From: Saprospiraceae bacterium
GTDB lineage: Bacteria > Bacteroidota > Bacteroidia > Chitinophagales > Saprospiraceae
DNA length: 64,000 bases
Assembly: GCA_028285085.1 (NCBI GenBank)
Contig: JANQQI010000106.1
Coordinates: 2,224 to 66,223, forward strand
Direction: 5' to 3'
Below, in pieces: positions 46,047 to 56,278 of this stretch (positions are counted from its first letter, which is position 1; each line of letters starts with the position of its first letter). The notes beneath the pieces are model-generated. The model ran no database searches. It saw only the letters and a program-made list of their open reading frames with translations, and was not told the origin of the DNA. Both the position numbers and the translations under genes were made by a program.

Positions 46047-48011
46047 ATGTGGCAATGCGCTCAAATCCTTTTTTTAAGTTTGTGCCTGTGGGGTGTGGGC
46101 AATGATTTATGGGCCCAATCTGTTGATCTGCCCACACTGCATCGGGAGTTGGCCGCTTTACCCGATGGCCCCAAGAAAGTTAGGCAATTGATCCGTATCG
46201 GTAAGCACTACCATTACTATGAGGCCATGACCGATAGTAGCCTGTATTATTGTGAAGCGGCTATTGACTTAGGGGCACAACTGAAAGATTTTAAAGGACA
46301 AGGATTAGCCCTCAGCATAGTTGGACAGGTACTCCATACCACGGGGAATATTACCGGTGGAAAGCAATACTTGTTACGATCTTTGGCCATAGCCCAAGTC
46401 CACCCTCTGGATGATCTATTACCAAAATTGTACAACGATCTGGGGATGAGTTACTTCCGATTAGGGATGCCCGATTCTTCCTTGTATTACCTGGGGAAGG
46501 CCGAAGAAATATTTTTAAAAGTTGACAAGAATTACCTGCTTTGGAAGACCTATCACCTGTTTCATAAGTTGTATTTGGATCAAAAGGAGTACGAAAAAGC
46601 GATGCTCTACGGTGAAAAGGCTTTTGAGATTGTCATGGCGCACAATAATCGAGTCGACCAGGGGTATTGTATTTTTCAATTGGCTTACGCCTATTTTTTG
46701 ATTGGTGATATTGAAAACTATACGGATAAGGTTGAGCAGTGGTATTACTTCAAAGGTGCCATGGAAGACAAGGTAGAAGAGGATGCGCGGCATCTGGCGT
46801 TTGGATTTTTAGACGGTGAACCGGAACAAGTCATAAAAAAACTGGAGCAAGCAGCCTTGTATGGACTGGCGAAGGATAATCTGATGCTGGCCGGCATGCA
46901 ATTTCAGAACCTGGGGCATTATCTCACGACGATTGATAACTATGCTGATGCGGTACCGGCTTTCATCAATGCGCATAATTGTATTGCAGCGTCGGGCATG
47001 CGTTGGAAAACGCTAACGGTGAAAAAGCAGCTATACGAGACCTACCAAGCTCTCGGCCAAAAGGATAGTGCTTTGATTTGGCTAGAGCGCTATACTTTAA
47101 GCAAGGACAGCTTGCAAAGTATTGCCAAAGCCAAGGACTTTGCCGAGTTAGAAATCAAATACGAGACCGAGAAAAAGGACTTGGTCATTGGACAACGGAC
47201 ACGAGAGCGTAATTTCCTATTGATTGGGAGCACGATCCTGATTGGATTTGCGGTTTGGATCATTATGCTACTGCGCTACCGTCTCAGAACTAATCGGCGC
47301 CTGGCGCAGCAGACGGCCGAAATTCAGGCACAACAACTCCAACGTATCGAACAAGAGCAACAAATTTTGACCTACAACGCGATGATCGAAGGCCAAGAAT
47401 CGGAACGGCATCGAATTGCTAAAGATTTGCACGATACCGTAGGTGGGATGATGAGCGCTGTTAAAGCGCATTTTTCCGTTTTGTTCAAAAAACAAGCACA
47501 GCCCGATGAGGCGATTTATCACAAAACCCAAGACCTCATCGACGAAGCCTGCGAAGAAGTCCGGCGCATTTCGCACAATATGATTCCACGCGCCCTTGAG
47601 CTGTCGGGCCTCGAAGCGACACTACAGGATCTAACCCAAAGCCTTCGTCTCGCAGGCGTAGCCGTTACCCTCGAGTGCCGCGACCTCGATCCCCAACTGC
47701 ACAGTCATCAGTCCGCAATGATTTATCGAATTCTACAGGAGCTGCTGAATAACATTACCCGGCATGCGCAAGCCACTGAGGTTTTTATTCAATTGTTACA
47801 GCGTGATGAAGCGATCTATCTGCAAGTAGAAGACAATGGGAAAGGCTTTGATTCGACTGCGCTTCGTTCGGATGGAATGGGCTTATCCAGCGTAAAATCT
47901 CGCGTAGATTTTTTGCGAGGTGAATTGCATGTCGATTCTGCACCGGGGCAGGGGACAAGCATCAGTATTCGGATACCGGTGCAGTCGCTTACAAAGCCCG
48001 TGCAATCGTAA
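46047..48011 (+). CDS. TPR-repeat membrane sensor histidine kinase (HisKA_3 / NarL-partner type)
   Basis: An N-terminal signal/TM is followed by TPR-like repeats and a TM helix 'FLLIGSTILIGFAVWIIMLL'. The H-box is 'ERHRIAKDLHDTVGG' and the HATPase part is 'LLNNITRHAQA...DNGKGF...GMGLSSVKSRV'. Confidence 0.85.
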   Translation: MWQCAQILFLSLCLWGVGNDLWAQSVDLPTLHRELAALPDGPKKVRQLIRIGKHYHYYEAMTDSSLYYCEAAIDLGAQLKDFKGQGLALSIVGQVLHTTGNITGGKQYLLRSLAIAQVHPLDDLLPKLYNDLGMSYFRLGMPDSSLYYLGKAEEIFLKVDKNYLLWKTYHLFHKLYLDQKEYEKAMLYGEKAFEIVMAHNNRVDQGYCIFQLAYAYFLIGDIENYTDKVEQWYYFKGAMEDKVEEDARHLAFGFLDGEPEQVIKKLEQAALYGLAKDNLMLAGMQFQNLGHYLTTIDNYADAVPAFINAHNCIAASGMRWKTLTVKKQLYETYQALGQKDSALIWLERYTLSKDSLQSIAKAKDFAELEIKYETEKKDLVIGQRTRERNFLLIGSTILIGFAVWIIMLLRYRLRTNRRLAQQTAEIQAQQLQRIEQEQQILTYNAMIEGQESERHRIAKDLHDTVGGMMSAVKAHFSVLFKKQAQPDEAIYHKTQDLIDEACEEVRRISHNMIPRALELSGLEATLQDLTQSLRLAGVAVTLECRDLDPQLHSHQSAMIYRILQELLNNITRHAQATEVFIQLLQRDEAIYLQVEDNGKGFDSTALRSDGMGLSSVKSRVDFLRGELHVDSAPGQGTSISIRIPVQSLTKPVQS

Positions 48012-49905
48012 AATGAAAGGTGGTTCCCTGGCCGGGTGTAGAGTCTAACCAAATTTCCCCACCGTGCTGACTCACCAGTTTTTTAACCATCGCTAGTCCA
48101 ATACCGGTGCCTTCGTAGGTGTTTTGACCGTGTAGCCTTTTGAACAACAGAAATATTTTTTCCTGAAATTCCGGCGCAATGCCAATACCATTATCCGCAA
48201 TCGAAAACTGCCAATGAGTTGGCGTCTCCTGAGTGCGAATATTGATCACGGGTGGTACGCCCGGAGAGGTGAATTTCAAAGCATTCGTCAAAAGATTTTG
48301 GAAAATCTGACGCAATTTTGTCCGATCGGCCGTGATGAGTGTTGACGGTAAACTATCGCAATTGATCTGGGCTTGCTTTTCATCGATGACAATGCGCAGT
48401 TCGTGCAACAAGCTCTCGATTAGCATACAAAGATCCACCTGCGTAGGGTGGCACTTGGTGGTATTGACCCGCGAATAGGAGAGGAGATCATTGATCAGCC
48501 CCTGCATATTTTTACTAGAGTTGACGATGAAACCCATGAATTCTTGCTCTTCGGCGGAAAGACGACCACTGAGGCTACGCTCCAGCAGTTGGGTGAAACT
48601 GATAATAGAGCGTAGGGGCGTCTGCAAATCATGAGAAGCCAGATAGGCAAAGTTTTCCAATTGAAGATTGGAGTTGATGTATTTATTTAGCTCCTTATTT
48701 TTTTGATTGAGTTGTTGTTGCGTTTGATAAATGGGGCTTACGTCCCGGAAGAAGGATAAAATTTTGGGGTGATCCGGGACCGACAAATCGGCGATTAATA
48801 CGCCTTCCACGGCGGCGGTTTCTCCGTTCAGTCTTTTGAGTTGAAAAGAGAGTTCCGCTTTTCCATTTTCTGCGGCCTCCTTGACTTTATTATAATAAAA
48901 CTGATAAGCAGGCAGTCCTTCGATGTGTTCATCGGCAAAAAATTGGATAAGATCAGTATTGGCAAACGTTTCAAAATCTTCACAACCAAATAGCAGAAGT
49001 GCGTTCTGATTACAAACGATTGGACGTTGACTATTGAGGTCGGTATAAACAATGGCTTCGTGCGAGTTTTCAAAAATCGCTCGGTACTTCTGTTCGCTGG
49101 CTTGCAGTGCTTTTCGGTTGAGTACTTCTTTGGTGATATTATGAAAGATGACGTAAGCTTCACCAATGCGGTAAAAATTCGGAACCACATTAACCTGGCA
49201 AAGAATTTCTTGTCCATCCTTTTTTAAAAAGACCCCCATCGTGGAAAACGCTTCACCACCTTGTACCCGCAAACCGTGGTCGCGTGTAATGGCATGCAAA
49301 TCTAAGCCCGGGAAATAATGACTGGAAGCGGGGATGATATCGAAACGATTTTTTTTGCGTAGTTCGTTGACGTCGTCATAGCCCAGCGCATTTAAGGCCG
49401 CCTGGTTACCATCCAAAATGCGCTCATGCATATAGTCATAGATCACAATGCCATCTGGGATGTTGCGATAAAGCGCTTCGTATTTTGCTTTGGTCTTACT
49501 CAACTCCAGGCTTCTGAGGACACGCTTGGTGGCATCCCGCGAAGCACCGATAATCTCCAATTTGTCATCTTGTTGGTGGACCTTGAGATGGAGCGAGAAA
49601 TAACGCAGCTCCTCACCGTCGTGCAGTAGTTGTAGATCGTCACTATACGTTTTAAGCTCTCCTTTCTCCATCGCTTCCAGCGCCTCGATTAAAGGTGGAC
49701 GATCAACTTCGGCAATAAAGTTTAATATTGAAGTGCCCGTTAATGCTTCACCGGAACGAAAAACAACGGCGCGAAAGGCGGGATTGCAGTACTGAATAAT
49801 ATCCCGGTGTAAGAGGAAAATCCCCGCTTCGTTCTCTTCGAGCAGAACATCATACTGAATATTAGGAGTCGTGGGTGTTAACGTCGTTGTCTTAGCTTTG
49901 GACAT
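47989..49905 (-). CDS. Cytoplasmic multi-PAS sensor histidine kinase (HisKA + HATPase)
   Basis: It has several PAS-like segments, the H-box 'FAYLASHDLQTPLRSI' and the HATPase motifs 'LLTNALKFT', 'DNGIGI' and 'GTGIGLAMVKKLV'. Its 3' end overlaps the convergent kinase gene by 23 bp. Confidence 0.9.
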   Translation of the reverse strand: MSKAKTTTLTPTTPNIQYDVLLEENEAGIFLLHRDIIQYCNPAFRAVVFRSGEALTGTSILNFIAEVDRPPLIEALEAMEKGELKTYSDDLQLLHDGEELRYFSLHLKVHQQDDKLEIIGASRDATKRVLRSLELSKTKAKYEALYRNIPDGIVIYDYMHERILDGNQAALNALGYDDVNELRKKNRFDIIPASSHYFPGLDLHAITRDHGLRVQGGEAFSTMGVFLKKDGQEILCQVNVVPNFYRIGEAYVIFHNITKEVLNRKALQASEQKYRAIFENSHEAIVYTDLNSQRPIVCNQNALLLFGCEDFETFANTDLIQFFADEHIEGLPAYQFYYNKVKEAAENGKAELSFQLKRLNGETAAVEGVLIADLSVPDHPKILSFFRDVSPIYQTQQQLNQKNKELNKYINSNLQLENFAYLASHDLQTPLRSIISFTQLLERSLSGRLSAEEQEFMGFIVNSSKNMQGLINDLLSYSRVNTTKCHPTQVDLCMLIESLLHELRIVIDEKQAQINCDSLPSTLITADRTKLRQIFQNLLTNALKFTSPGVPPVINIRTQETPTHWQFSIADNGIGIAPEFQEKIFLLFKRLHGQNTYEGTGIGLAMVKKLVSQHGGEIWLDSTPGQGTTFHFTIARAL

Positions 49906-50109
49906 TTTCTAATCCATTTTTATTAATTAAGGATGACTAAAACATTCGAGATTGAGAGATTATACGACATTATAGTGCCTATGGTTTCGTGGCAAAAACC
50001 GTGCTGGAAGCACAATACCTTTTTACAGAAATAGCAAAATGACATGCCTCCTACAAAGACATGCCATCTTAATCATGCTATAAAATCCTGGTCTGCCAGG
50101 TATTAAATC

Positions 50110-53100
50110 CTATTCTAAAATCACCAGCTTCTCTCTTTCCTCTTGCCCGGCGCATCGATAGGATAACACGTAAATGCCGGGACTGAGGTGTGCAGTAAAC
50201 TGAATGATATGGGCCGAGTACACCACATTTTGCAAAGCATATGGTCGGCCCTCCGCATCAAATAACTCGACGTTTCCTTCCAGTTGACCATTGGCATTTT
50301 TAATCGACAACATCTGGCCTGGCTGTGCGGGATTAGGGTAGAGCTCAGTACGCGATCGTCCTTCTTCCGCTTCATTTTCGGAGAGATCGACGAAAGCCTG
50401 CGGCTGGCCACCGCCGGATGGTGCTAGCTCAGCGCTGTGCCCACCAATTGCCAAATAGGCCACTTGCTCCGAGGTGTGATTGCGCTCCGGATCAGCGATA
50501 TCGTCTTCGTCAATGACGATGCGAATGTGGTTATCATTGACAATTGGATTATTGGAGTAGAGCACCGGCCAGCCACCATCGTTGCCGTCCATTGCGGCGG
50601 ATGAAAGAATCGCGGTTTCAACTTTCAGATTTGAATCGGTAATATATTCTTTTGCACTCAACAAAAGTGCATCATCCATTCCACGTACATCATCAGTACC
50701 CAGACCTGCTTCCAGGATCAGAGAATCTAAGGTATACACCCCGGATTCGATGACGATATAGCCCAACTCCTCGTCGGCTCTGGTGGTAATATTATCTTCC
50801 CCGACGTGTTTGCCAACCGAAAATCCAGTGCCCGCGGCGGGGGGATTATTGCGTACATTGCTGGCACTCGCCCAAAAGCTCGACCAATTAGCGTCGTTGT
50901 CGCTTTGTACCTGTCCAAGTACGACGGGATTCGTGTAGGTATTTTGATAAGTTTGATTTTCAAATACCCAGGCACCACTAGCTGAGGTCTGACTGCTGTT
51001 GACCCGGACTGCTTCCATGGTGATTCCATCTTTGGTGGCTTCGTAAACCCCTTCTTCAACGACAACGTAGTGGACGCTATGACTTTGTCCATTGCCGTTG
51101 CCGGGGTTTTGTACGCGTAGCTCAAAGGAAGACCCGGTAAGATTACGAACTCTGGTCACCACTGGGTTTTGTACCGGTGAGATGGTTACCGGAGTGGCTA
51201 CGACCACCATATTGGTGTAAGCATGATCCGTATTAATGGTCATCCAACTATCCGTTACATTTTGTGCAATGCCGTGTTCCAGCACGAGATCACTACAGGG
51301 AGTACAGTCATCTCCACCACAGTCAATCGCCTCTTCATCTGCATCAAGGATACCATTTTCGCAATGGCAGGGTTGGCATTCCGGGCCACCACAATCGATG
51401 CCGGTCTCACCGTTGTTCTGAACCTCATCGTAGCAGGTTTCGCAGGTGGTCAATCGGATATAGTCGATCTCGGCGGTACCGTCGTTGTCGTTCATGCAAG
51501 GGTAAAACTTGATGCGCTGTACATCGGAGTCACTGGTCCAATCGGGCGAGTAGAGGTACTTGTAAAAATTACCATCACCATGTAGTGTGTCAAACTCGGG
51601 GCTGCTCGAACCATTCCATTCACTGTAAATAAAACGATTACTAAGGGCATCAGAGGTGGATCGCATCCTGACCACTACACTTGGTACTTGAGTGACATCA
51701 ACGGGAGCATTGCCTTTAAATAAATTGGATAGGATGCCTGGATTGTTACCTTGACCAGAAACCTGTAATAAGCCATTGTAAATGTTAAGGTGAGTCGTGG
51801 ATTCTTTAATCCAGCTTTGTTGATCAAAGTGGAAATCCGATAGTTCAATCGAGTAATCGAGATAAAGCTCGCTTAGGTCAACGGTGGCAGTGAGTCCACT
51901 GGTTTCCAAATCCCCAAGGTAGGATTCGTAGACTCGAATGACCAAGCCGTCCACTTCGTCGATTTGTTCTTTTGTCAAGCGTGTTAAATCGAGACCGTAG
52001 CAAGCATCAGGTTGATAATAGCCCAAATGCACATCACCGGCACTGGCATCGTGGAGTAATACCTGAATTTTGGGACCGTTGTAGTGTACTTTTAAGTTGT
52101 TAAACTCAGACCAGACCTGTCTCGGGAAATCTAGCCGATACTCAACGTATTCATCAATGGGATCTCCGTCGGTGGTAATGGAAAAGCTATTGGTATCGTC
52201 AACACTGTCAAAAGGTGTGGCGCTCGCATTAAAAGCAATGCCACTATCGCTGAGATCACCCCAGATATTCAGCGCTGCCCGGGTGTCAAGGCCGGTCTCG
52301 TAATCCGCTAATGGCATCCCAAAACTAGCTACCTGACCGGCGGGTATACCACTCGGGTTGCGACAGATATTAACCTGCGAGCGATACTTGTAAGCCTCGC
52401 CATATTGCTGTGGTTTATCTTCTTCCATCCCTTTTAAGCGCAAGTAGAGGGTGTTGTTTTCAAAATAATAAGCCTCATTGTTGCCACTTTCAAAGCTGGA
52501 GAGATTTGGAGCACTATTGATTGTTCCGCTGACCTTAGAGATATAAAATTTCGAAGGCATATTTGGAATAATGAAGGTGGCTAAGTCATTTTGGTTGAGA
52601 AACTTGTAAACCAACGACAAGCTATCCGGCAAGCGATGAAATTGGAGAAAATAATCAAAGTCAGTATTGGCCATCACCGGAATTTGGTTACGGAAGTTTT
52701 GCCCGCAGGTGTAGGTTGCCGGACCATCCGAGCGAATGCTGTACATTGGTGTGCGCCGTGAGTTCGACCAACTGTAATCCATGAGCAATAAGCCGTAGTG
52801 TTCATCCGGGCAAATGAAATGCTCCCATTCCGGCACATAGGTTGCATTGGGCTCATGATTGAACCCACTTTCATAAACTCGGCGCCCGGCGTTATTAGGT
52901 GCAATAATTTCTGGCTTGATGACATCTCCCGGATTAGTCAAAGCATCCAGGCTGCCATCCAGGTCAATCAAGCCAGTGGTGAACTGGAAGTCGCGATCTT
53001 TGGAAAAGAGCTGGGAGACCTTATTGGCCGTGGGGACTTGCTCAAAAGTCAATCCTTGACTGTAATGAACTGTACTTTTGATCGCTGCAGTATTGGGCGA

Positions 53101-55317
53101 GAAGATGCTGGCATCGTCGCCTGTGAAATTGGCGAAATGACAATTGAGTACGCCCGAGGAACCATCATAGAGTGGATGGGCTCTAAACTGATAGGAAGGC
53201 GTATGGGGATAAAGGCTAGTTGGACTGGGTAGACTGCGTCCAGCTGCGATTTCATTGGCCGACCAGGTTGTATCCGTACCGATATTAGCACTCTTTCCAA
53301 CGTAGAGGGAGTTATGAATTTCATTATTGTAAGAAAAGAAAGTGCCGCGTCCGTTGTCGCCAAGCTGGCAGGAGTCAAAGTTCATACTATTCGTCCGCAT
53401 CCAGACCGAGCGATCGCGACACTTGTAAGAAACGAAGCGATTAACTAGCGGAATCGTGTCGGTCGGAATATAATTCCCGGATCCATCCACGAAATGTTTT
53501 CCTTCCGAGTCAACGAGGATTTCCAGATCAATGGAAAAATTCGAAAAGCTAGTAGAGTGAGAGCGATTATCATCAAATTGGCCTAATGGTGCCATCCTTG
53601 GTTGGAAGGTTGGTGGGAAACTGCCTTCGATTGGTTTTTTCAACACCACCATCCAAAATCCCGATCCTTCCGAACCTCCGCAGACATTACCCACGAAGTG
53701 ATTCGAAGGATGGGTAATCCAGAACGTGGCCGGAAGTCGGAGCAAGGGGCCACCACCTTCAGCGGGCAGATTGTCGTAAGGCTGAACGGCCTCCAGAGGA
53801 TTGGCTGCCCGGGTGAGAATCCCGAGATTATGGATAAAGCGATTTTCTAATTCATCTCCATTTTCTAAAAAATAACCATTTCCAATATGATCATAAGCTA
53901 CATTATCTTCTACCAAACTACTATCACTGGAATGCACGGTAAGGACACGATTGAAAGATTTGTGGATGACACAATTCTTAACGTATTGTCCGCTGAGGTT
54001 TCCGGTGAGGTGCCAGTGGAAAGGGTAGCGTCCGAGAATGCCCCGCTGTCCCATACGATAGAATTCGACGGAGGAGATATAGGCTTTGCTCCCCATCATG
54101 ACCATCACGTGTCCACCAAAACCATCAACTTCTGAATCGCTATCGCCCTGGATTTTTAAATTTCGGTTGAGTAAACCGACCTCTGCCCGCTCATCCAAAA
54201 CACGAGTACCGTTATCGTAGTATTGTAAATCACCGTAGTGGACATAAGCTAAAGGCGATTGAAAGTAAAATGTCGAATCATCTTTGTTGGAAATCACACG
54301 TTTCTCAGCCTGGTGGCAATCGTAATCGGTAGAGGCAATAACGACGGTGTCTCCAATTTCCCAATCCATCGTTTCTTTCAGGCGGAAACTAGTAGCACCT
54401 AAATCAGCGGTCTCGGTAAGTTGTGTCCAGGAAGAGCGTGGCTGGCCATGCATATGCAGTGTCGCGCCCATCATCGCTCCAATAAAGCCGGACCCCATAT
54501 CGGGATGAACGGTCTCCTGACTAATGTCTCCACGAAGTGTAATGACGCCCCGTTCGAGATAGGGTGTATCCTCGTGGCCCCATTCCCAAAGCGCCTGAGC
54601 CCCCATCACCATGACCCGCTCCGCGCCGAAGGTATGCGCGCGGTTATTCGCAGCTAAGAATGAACCATTGATGGTGGCTTCGCGCACGATAGCATCTCCG
54701 TCGAGTACCACCGTTTTGGTCGCAGGGATCAGCGCATCTTCTAGGGCTGTTGGTACCCCCACAGGATTCCAGGCACTAGAATCAGACCAGCAAGGGATAT
54801 TCTCCATTTGAATATTGTCGACGAGTACGATGCCATTTACGCCTTGAATACTGATCAGATGTGTGCCGGCATCAAGCGCTAGCGCTACCGAAATATGCTG
54901 GTTATAGTCGATGGCATCAACGGAAATGAGCTTAGCCAGCTCCCCATCGACAAGGATGCCGAATAGCGGAGTATTGCCTGGGGATGCATAGCGCGCAGCG
55001 TAGATGCTTAATCGAAAACAGCTATCAGCTGCGACATTGATGCTTTGACTAATCGCTCCCTGATCCACAATATACGCTTGGTGGTTACCAAAAGGAGTAG
55101 GAGGATTATTACTGAGCTGGGGAATGCTGTTGTTCGCAATCCCCGCTACCCCAGTGAATGTCCAGACGGTGGTGCCAGGGTTTTCGAAACTAGATTCGGG
55201 GATGTTTTTTGCGGTGATATTGCCGGTTAAAGTATGGAGTTGTGCCGATAGATTAGTGGTTTGCAGCCATACCATTAACAGAATCATCACCCATTGGTAG
55301 AGAAGTGGTTGCTTCAT
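50110..55317 (-). CDS. 1735-aa T9SS-secreted G8-domain / right-handed beta-helix protein (CEMIP/TMEM2/fibrocystin-like architecture)
   Basis: A signal peptide is followed by a jelly-roll-like N-domain. The G8-like segment reads 'CWSDSSAWNPVGVPTALEDALIPATKTVVLDGD...INGSF'. The beta-helix core reads 'GRYPFHWHLTGNLSGQYVKNCVIHKSFNRVLTVHSS...VEDNVAYDHIGNGYFLE'. A Cys-rich duplicated module is present, and the CTD reads 'LYPNPAQPGQMLSI...GIYVLSYR'. Confidence 0.8.
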   Translation of the reverse strand: MKQPLLYQWVMILLMVWLQTTNLSAQLHTLTGNITAKNIPESSFENPGTTVWTFTGVAGIANNSIPQLSNNPPTPFGNHQAYIVDQGAISQSINVAADSCFRLSIYAARYASPGNTPLFGILVDGELAKLISVDAIDYNQHISVALALDAGTHLISIQGVNGIVLVDNIQMENIPCWSDSSAWNPVGVPTALEDALIPATKTVVLDGDAIVREATINGSFLAANNRAHTFGAERVMVMGAQALWEWGHEDTPYLERGVITLRGDISQETVHPDMGSGFIGAMMGATLHMHGQPRSSWTQLTETADLGATSFRLKETMDWEIGDTVVIASTDYDCHQAEKRVISNKDDSTFYFQSPLAYVHYGDLQYYDNGTRVLDERAEVGLLNRNLKIQGDSDSEVDGFGGHVMVMMGSKAYISSVEFYRMGQRGILGRYPFHWHLTGNLSGQYVKNCVIHKSFNRVLTVHSSDSSLVEDNVAYDHIGNGYFLENGDELENRFIHNLGILTRAANPLEAVQPYDNLPAEGGGPLLRLPATFWITHPSNHFVGNVCGGSEGSGFWMVVLKKPIEGSFPPTFQPRMAPLGQFDDNRSHSTSFSNFSIDLEILVDSEGKHFVDGSGNYIPTDTIPLVNRFVSYKCRDRSVWMRTNSMNFDSCQLGDNGRGTFFSYNNEIHNSLYVGKSANIGTDTTWSANEIAAGRSLPSPTSLYPHTPSYQFRAHPLYDGSSGVLNCHFANFTGDDASIFSPNTAAIKSTVHYSQGLTFEQVPTANKVSQLFSKDRDFQFTTGLIDLDGSLDALTNPGDVIKPEIIAPNNAGRRVYESGFNHEPNATYVPEWEHFICPDEHYGLLLMDYSWSNSRRTPMYSIRSDGPATYTCGQNFRNQIPVMANTDFDYFLQFHRLPDSLSLVYKFLNQNDLATFIIPNMPSKFYISKVSGTINSAPNLSSFESGNNEAYYFENNTLYLRLKGMEEDKPQQYGEAYKYRSQVNICRNPSGIPAGQVASFGMPLADYETGLDTRAALNIWGDLSDSGIAFNASATPFDSVDDTNSFSITTDGDPIDEYVEYRLDFPRQVWSEFNNLKVHYNGPKIQVLLHDASAGDVHLGYYQPDACYGLDLTRLTKEQIDEVDGLVIRVYESYLGDLETSGLTATVDLSELYLDYSIELSDFHFDQQSWIKESTTHLNIYNGLLQVSGQGNNPGILSNLFKGNAPVDVTQVPSVVVRMRSTSDALSNRFIYSEWNGSSSPEFDTLHGDGNFYKYLYSPDWTSDSDVQRIKFYPCMNDNDGTAEIDYIRLTTCETCYDEVQNNGETGIDCGGPECQPCHCENGILDADEEAIDCGGDDCTPCSDLVLEHGIAQNVTDSWMTINTDHAYTNMVVVATPVTISPVQNPVVTRVRNLTGSSFELRVQNPGNGNGQSHSVHYVVVEEGVYEATKDGITMEAVRVNSSQTSASGAWVFENQTYQNTYTNPVVLGQVQSDNDANWSSFWASASNVRNNPPAAGTGFSVGKHVGEDNITTRADEELGYIVIESGVYTLDSLILEAGLGTDDVRGMDDALLLSAKEYITDSNLKVETAILSSAAMDGNDGGWPVLYSNNPIVNDNHIRIVIDEDDIADPERNHTSEQVAYLAIGGHSAELAPSGGGQPQAFVDLSENEAEEGRSRTELYPNPAQPGQMLSIKNANGQLEGNVELFDAEGRPYALQNVVYSAHIIQFTAHLSPGIYVLSYRCAGQEEREKLVILE

Positions 55318-55519
55318 TGGGGGAAGATTTTAGGTTAAAAAATATAACCTAAAAATGCTGTCTTGATCGGTAATGATCTATTACACTTTTTGGGCATTCT
55401 CCCCTTGAATGATTTTGCAATGAGCTTGAATAATGATGAGGCTAAAGTAGAAGCGGAACTAATAGTGAGTCCGTAATTTGATTAAGTTGGGTTTGAAAAA
55501 TAGGCGTTCTCCCACCTGA

Positions 55520-56104
55520 TTACTGCTCCAAGTGCTTAAGTATTTGCTGTGCGGCGGCTTGCTGGTAGGGGCCATGTTGCTCTAATAAGATTTGTAAGTC
55601 CGTCTTGGCTTGTGTGAGGTCTTTTAATCGCAACGCACATAATGTTCGATACCAGAATACTTGTGGGAGGTATTGGGTATTAGAATATTTGAGCTGATCA
55701 AGCAATTTTGCCGCGGAACGATTATGGCCGACCGTCATGAGTGTGACTGCTTCGTAGAATTGATAATCCGGCTGGGGATTTTGAGCACTAATGCTCTGAA
55801 ATATGGCCAATGCAGCACCAAAGTTACCATTTTCGTAAAAAATAAAGGCTTGAGTTTCTAAACTCAGATTTTCATCCTCTCGGGATATAGTGTGTAAGGA
55901 ATTCGGATAGGGTTCAAAATATTGACCGTAGAGCTTCAGGTGAGCTGGCTCGGGCTGTAATTGTATCCAAATCACCATGCCCAACAGCAAGGTCGTACAA
56001 ATTGCAACTAACCACCAACGACGACTAAGCTGACGCTTTTGTCCCGTCTTAAGCTGCGCGTGCTGGTTTTCATTCGTTACTCGTTCTAGATCCTCTTTCT
56101 TCAT
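55520..56104 (-). CDS. Single-pass membrane protein with TPR-like C-terminal domain
   Basis: It has a TM helix 'WWLVAICTTLLLGMVIWI' and helical repeats after it. I prefer the ATG at 56104, because the ORF-track start at 56128 is a TTG. Confidence 0.55.
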   Translation of the reverse strand: MKKEDLERVTNENQHAQLKTGQKRQLSRRWWLVAICTTLLLGMVIWIQLQPEPAHLKLYGQYFEPYPNSLHTISREDENLSLETQAFIFYENGNFGAALAIFQSISAQNPQPDYQFYEAVTLMTVGHNRSAAKLLDQLKYSNTQYLPQVFWYRTLCALRLKDLTQAKTDLQILLEQHGPYQQAAAQQILKHLEQ

Positions 56105-56278
56105 GAAGTATTGAAAATTCAGCCCCAAAATTAGTCTTTTTTCGCAAAGCGGTAAAACTTGTGTGGGCTACTAATCTCTGCTTATAGGAGAATAGGTTAG
56201 TGGGGTGACTATGAATAGGGAGTTAGTGAAATTTGTATTTCAAAAACGACTTTTATCGAAATTCCATACCTTCACGAC

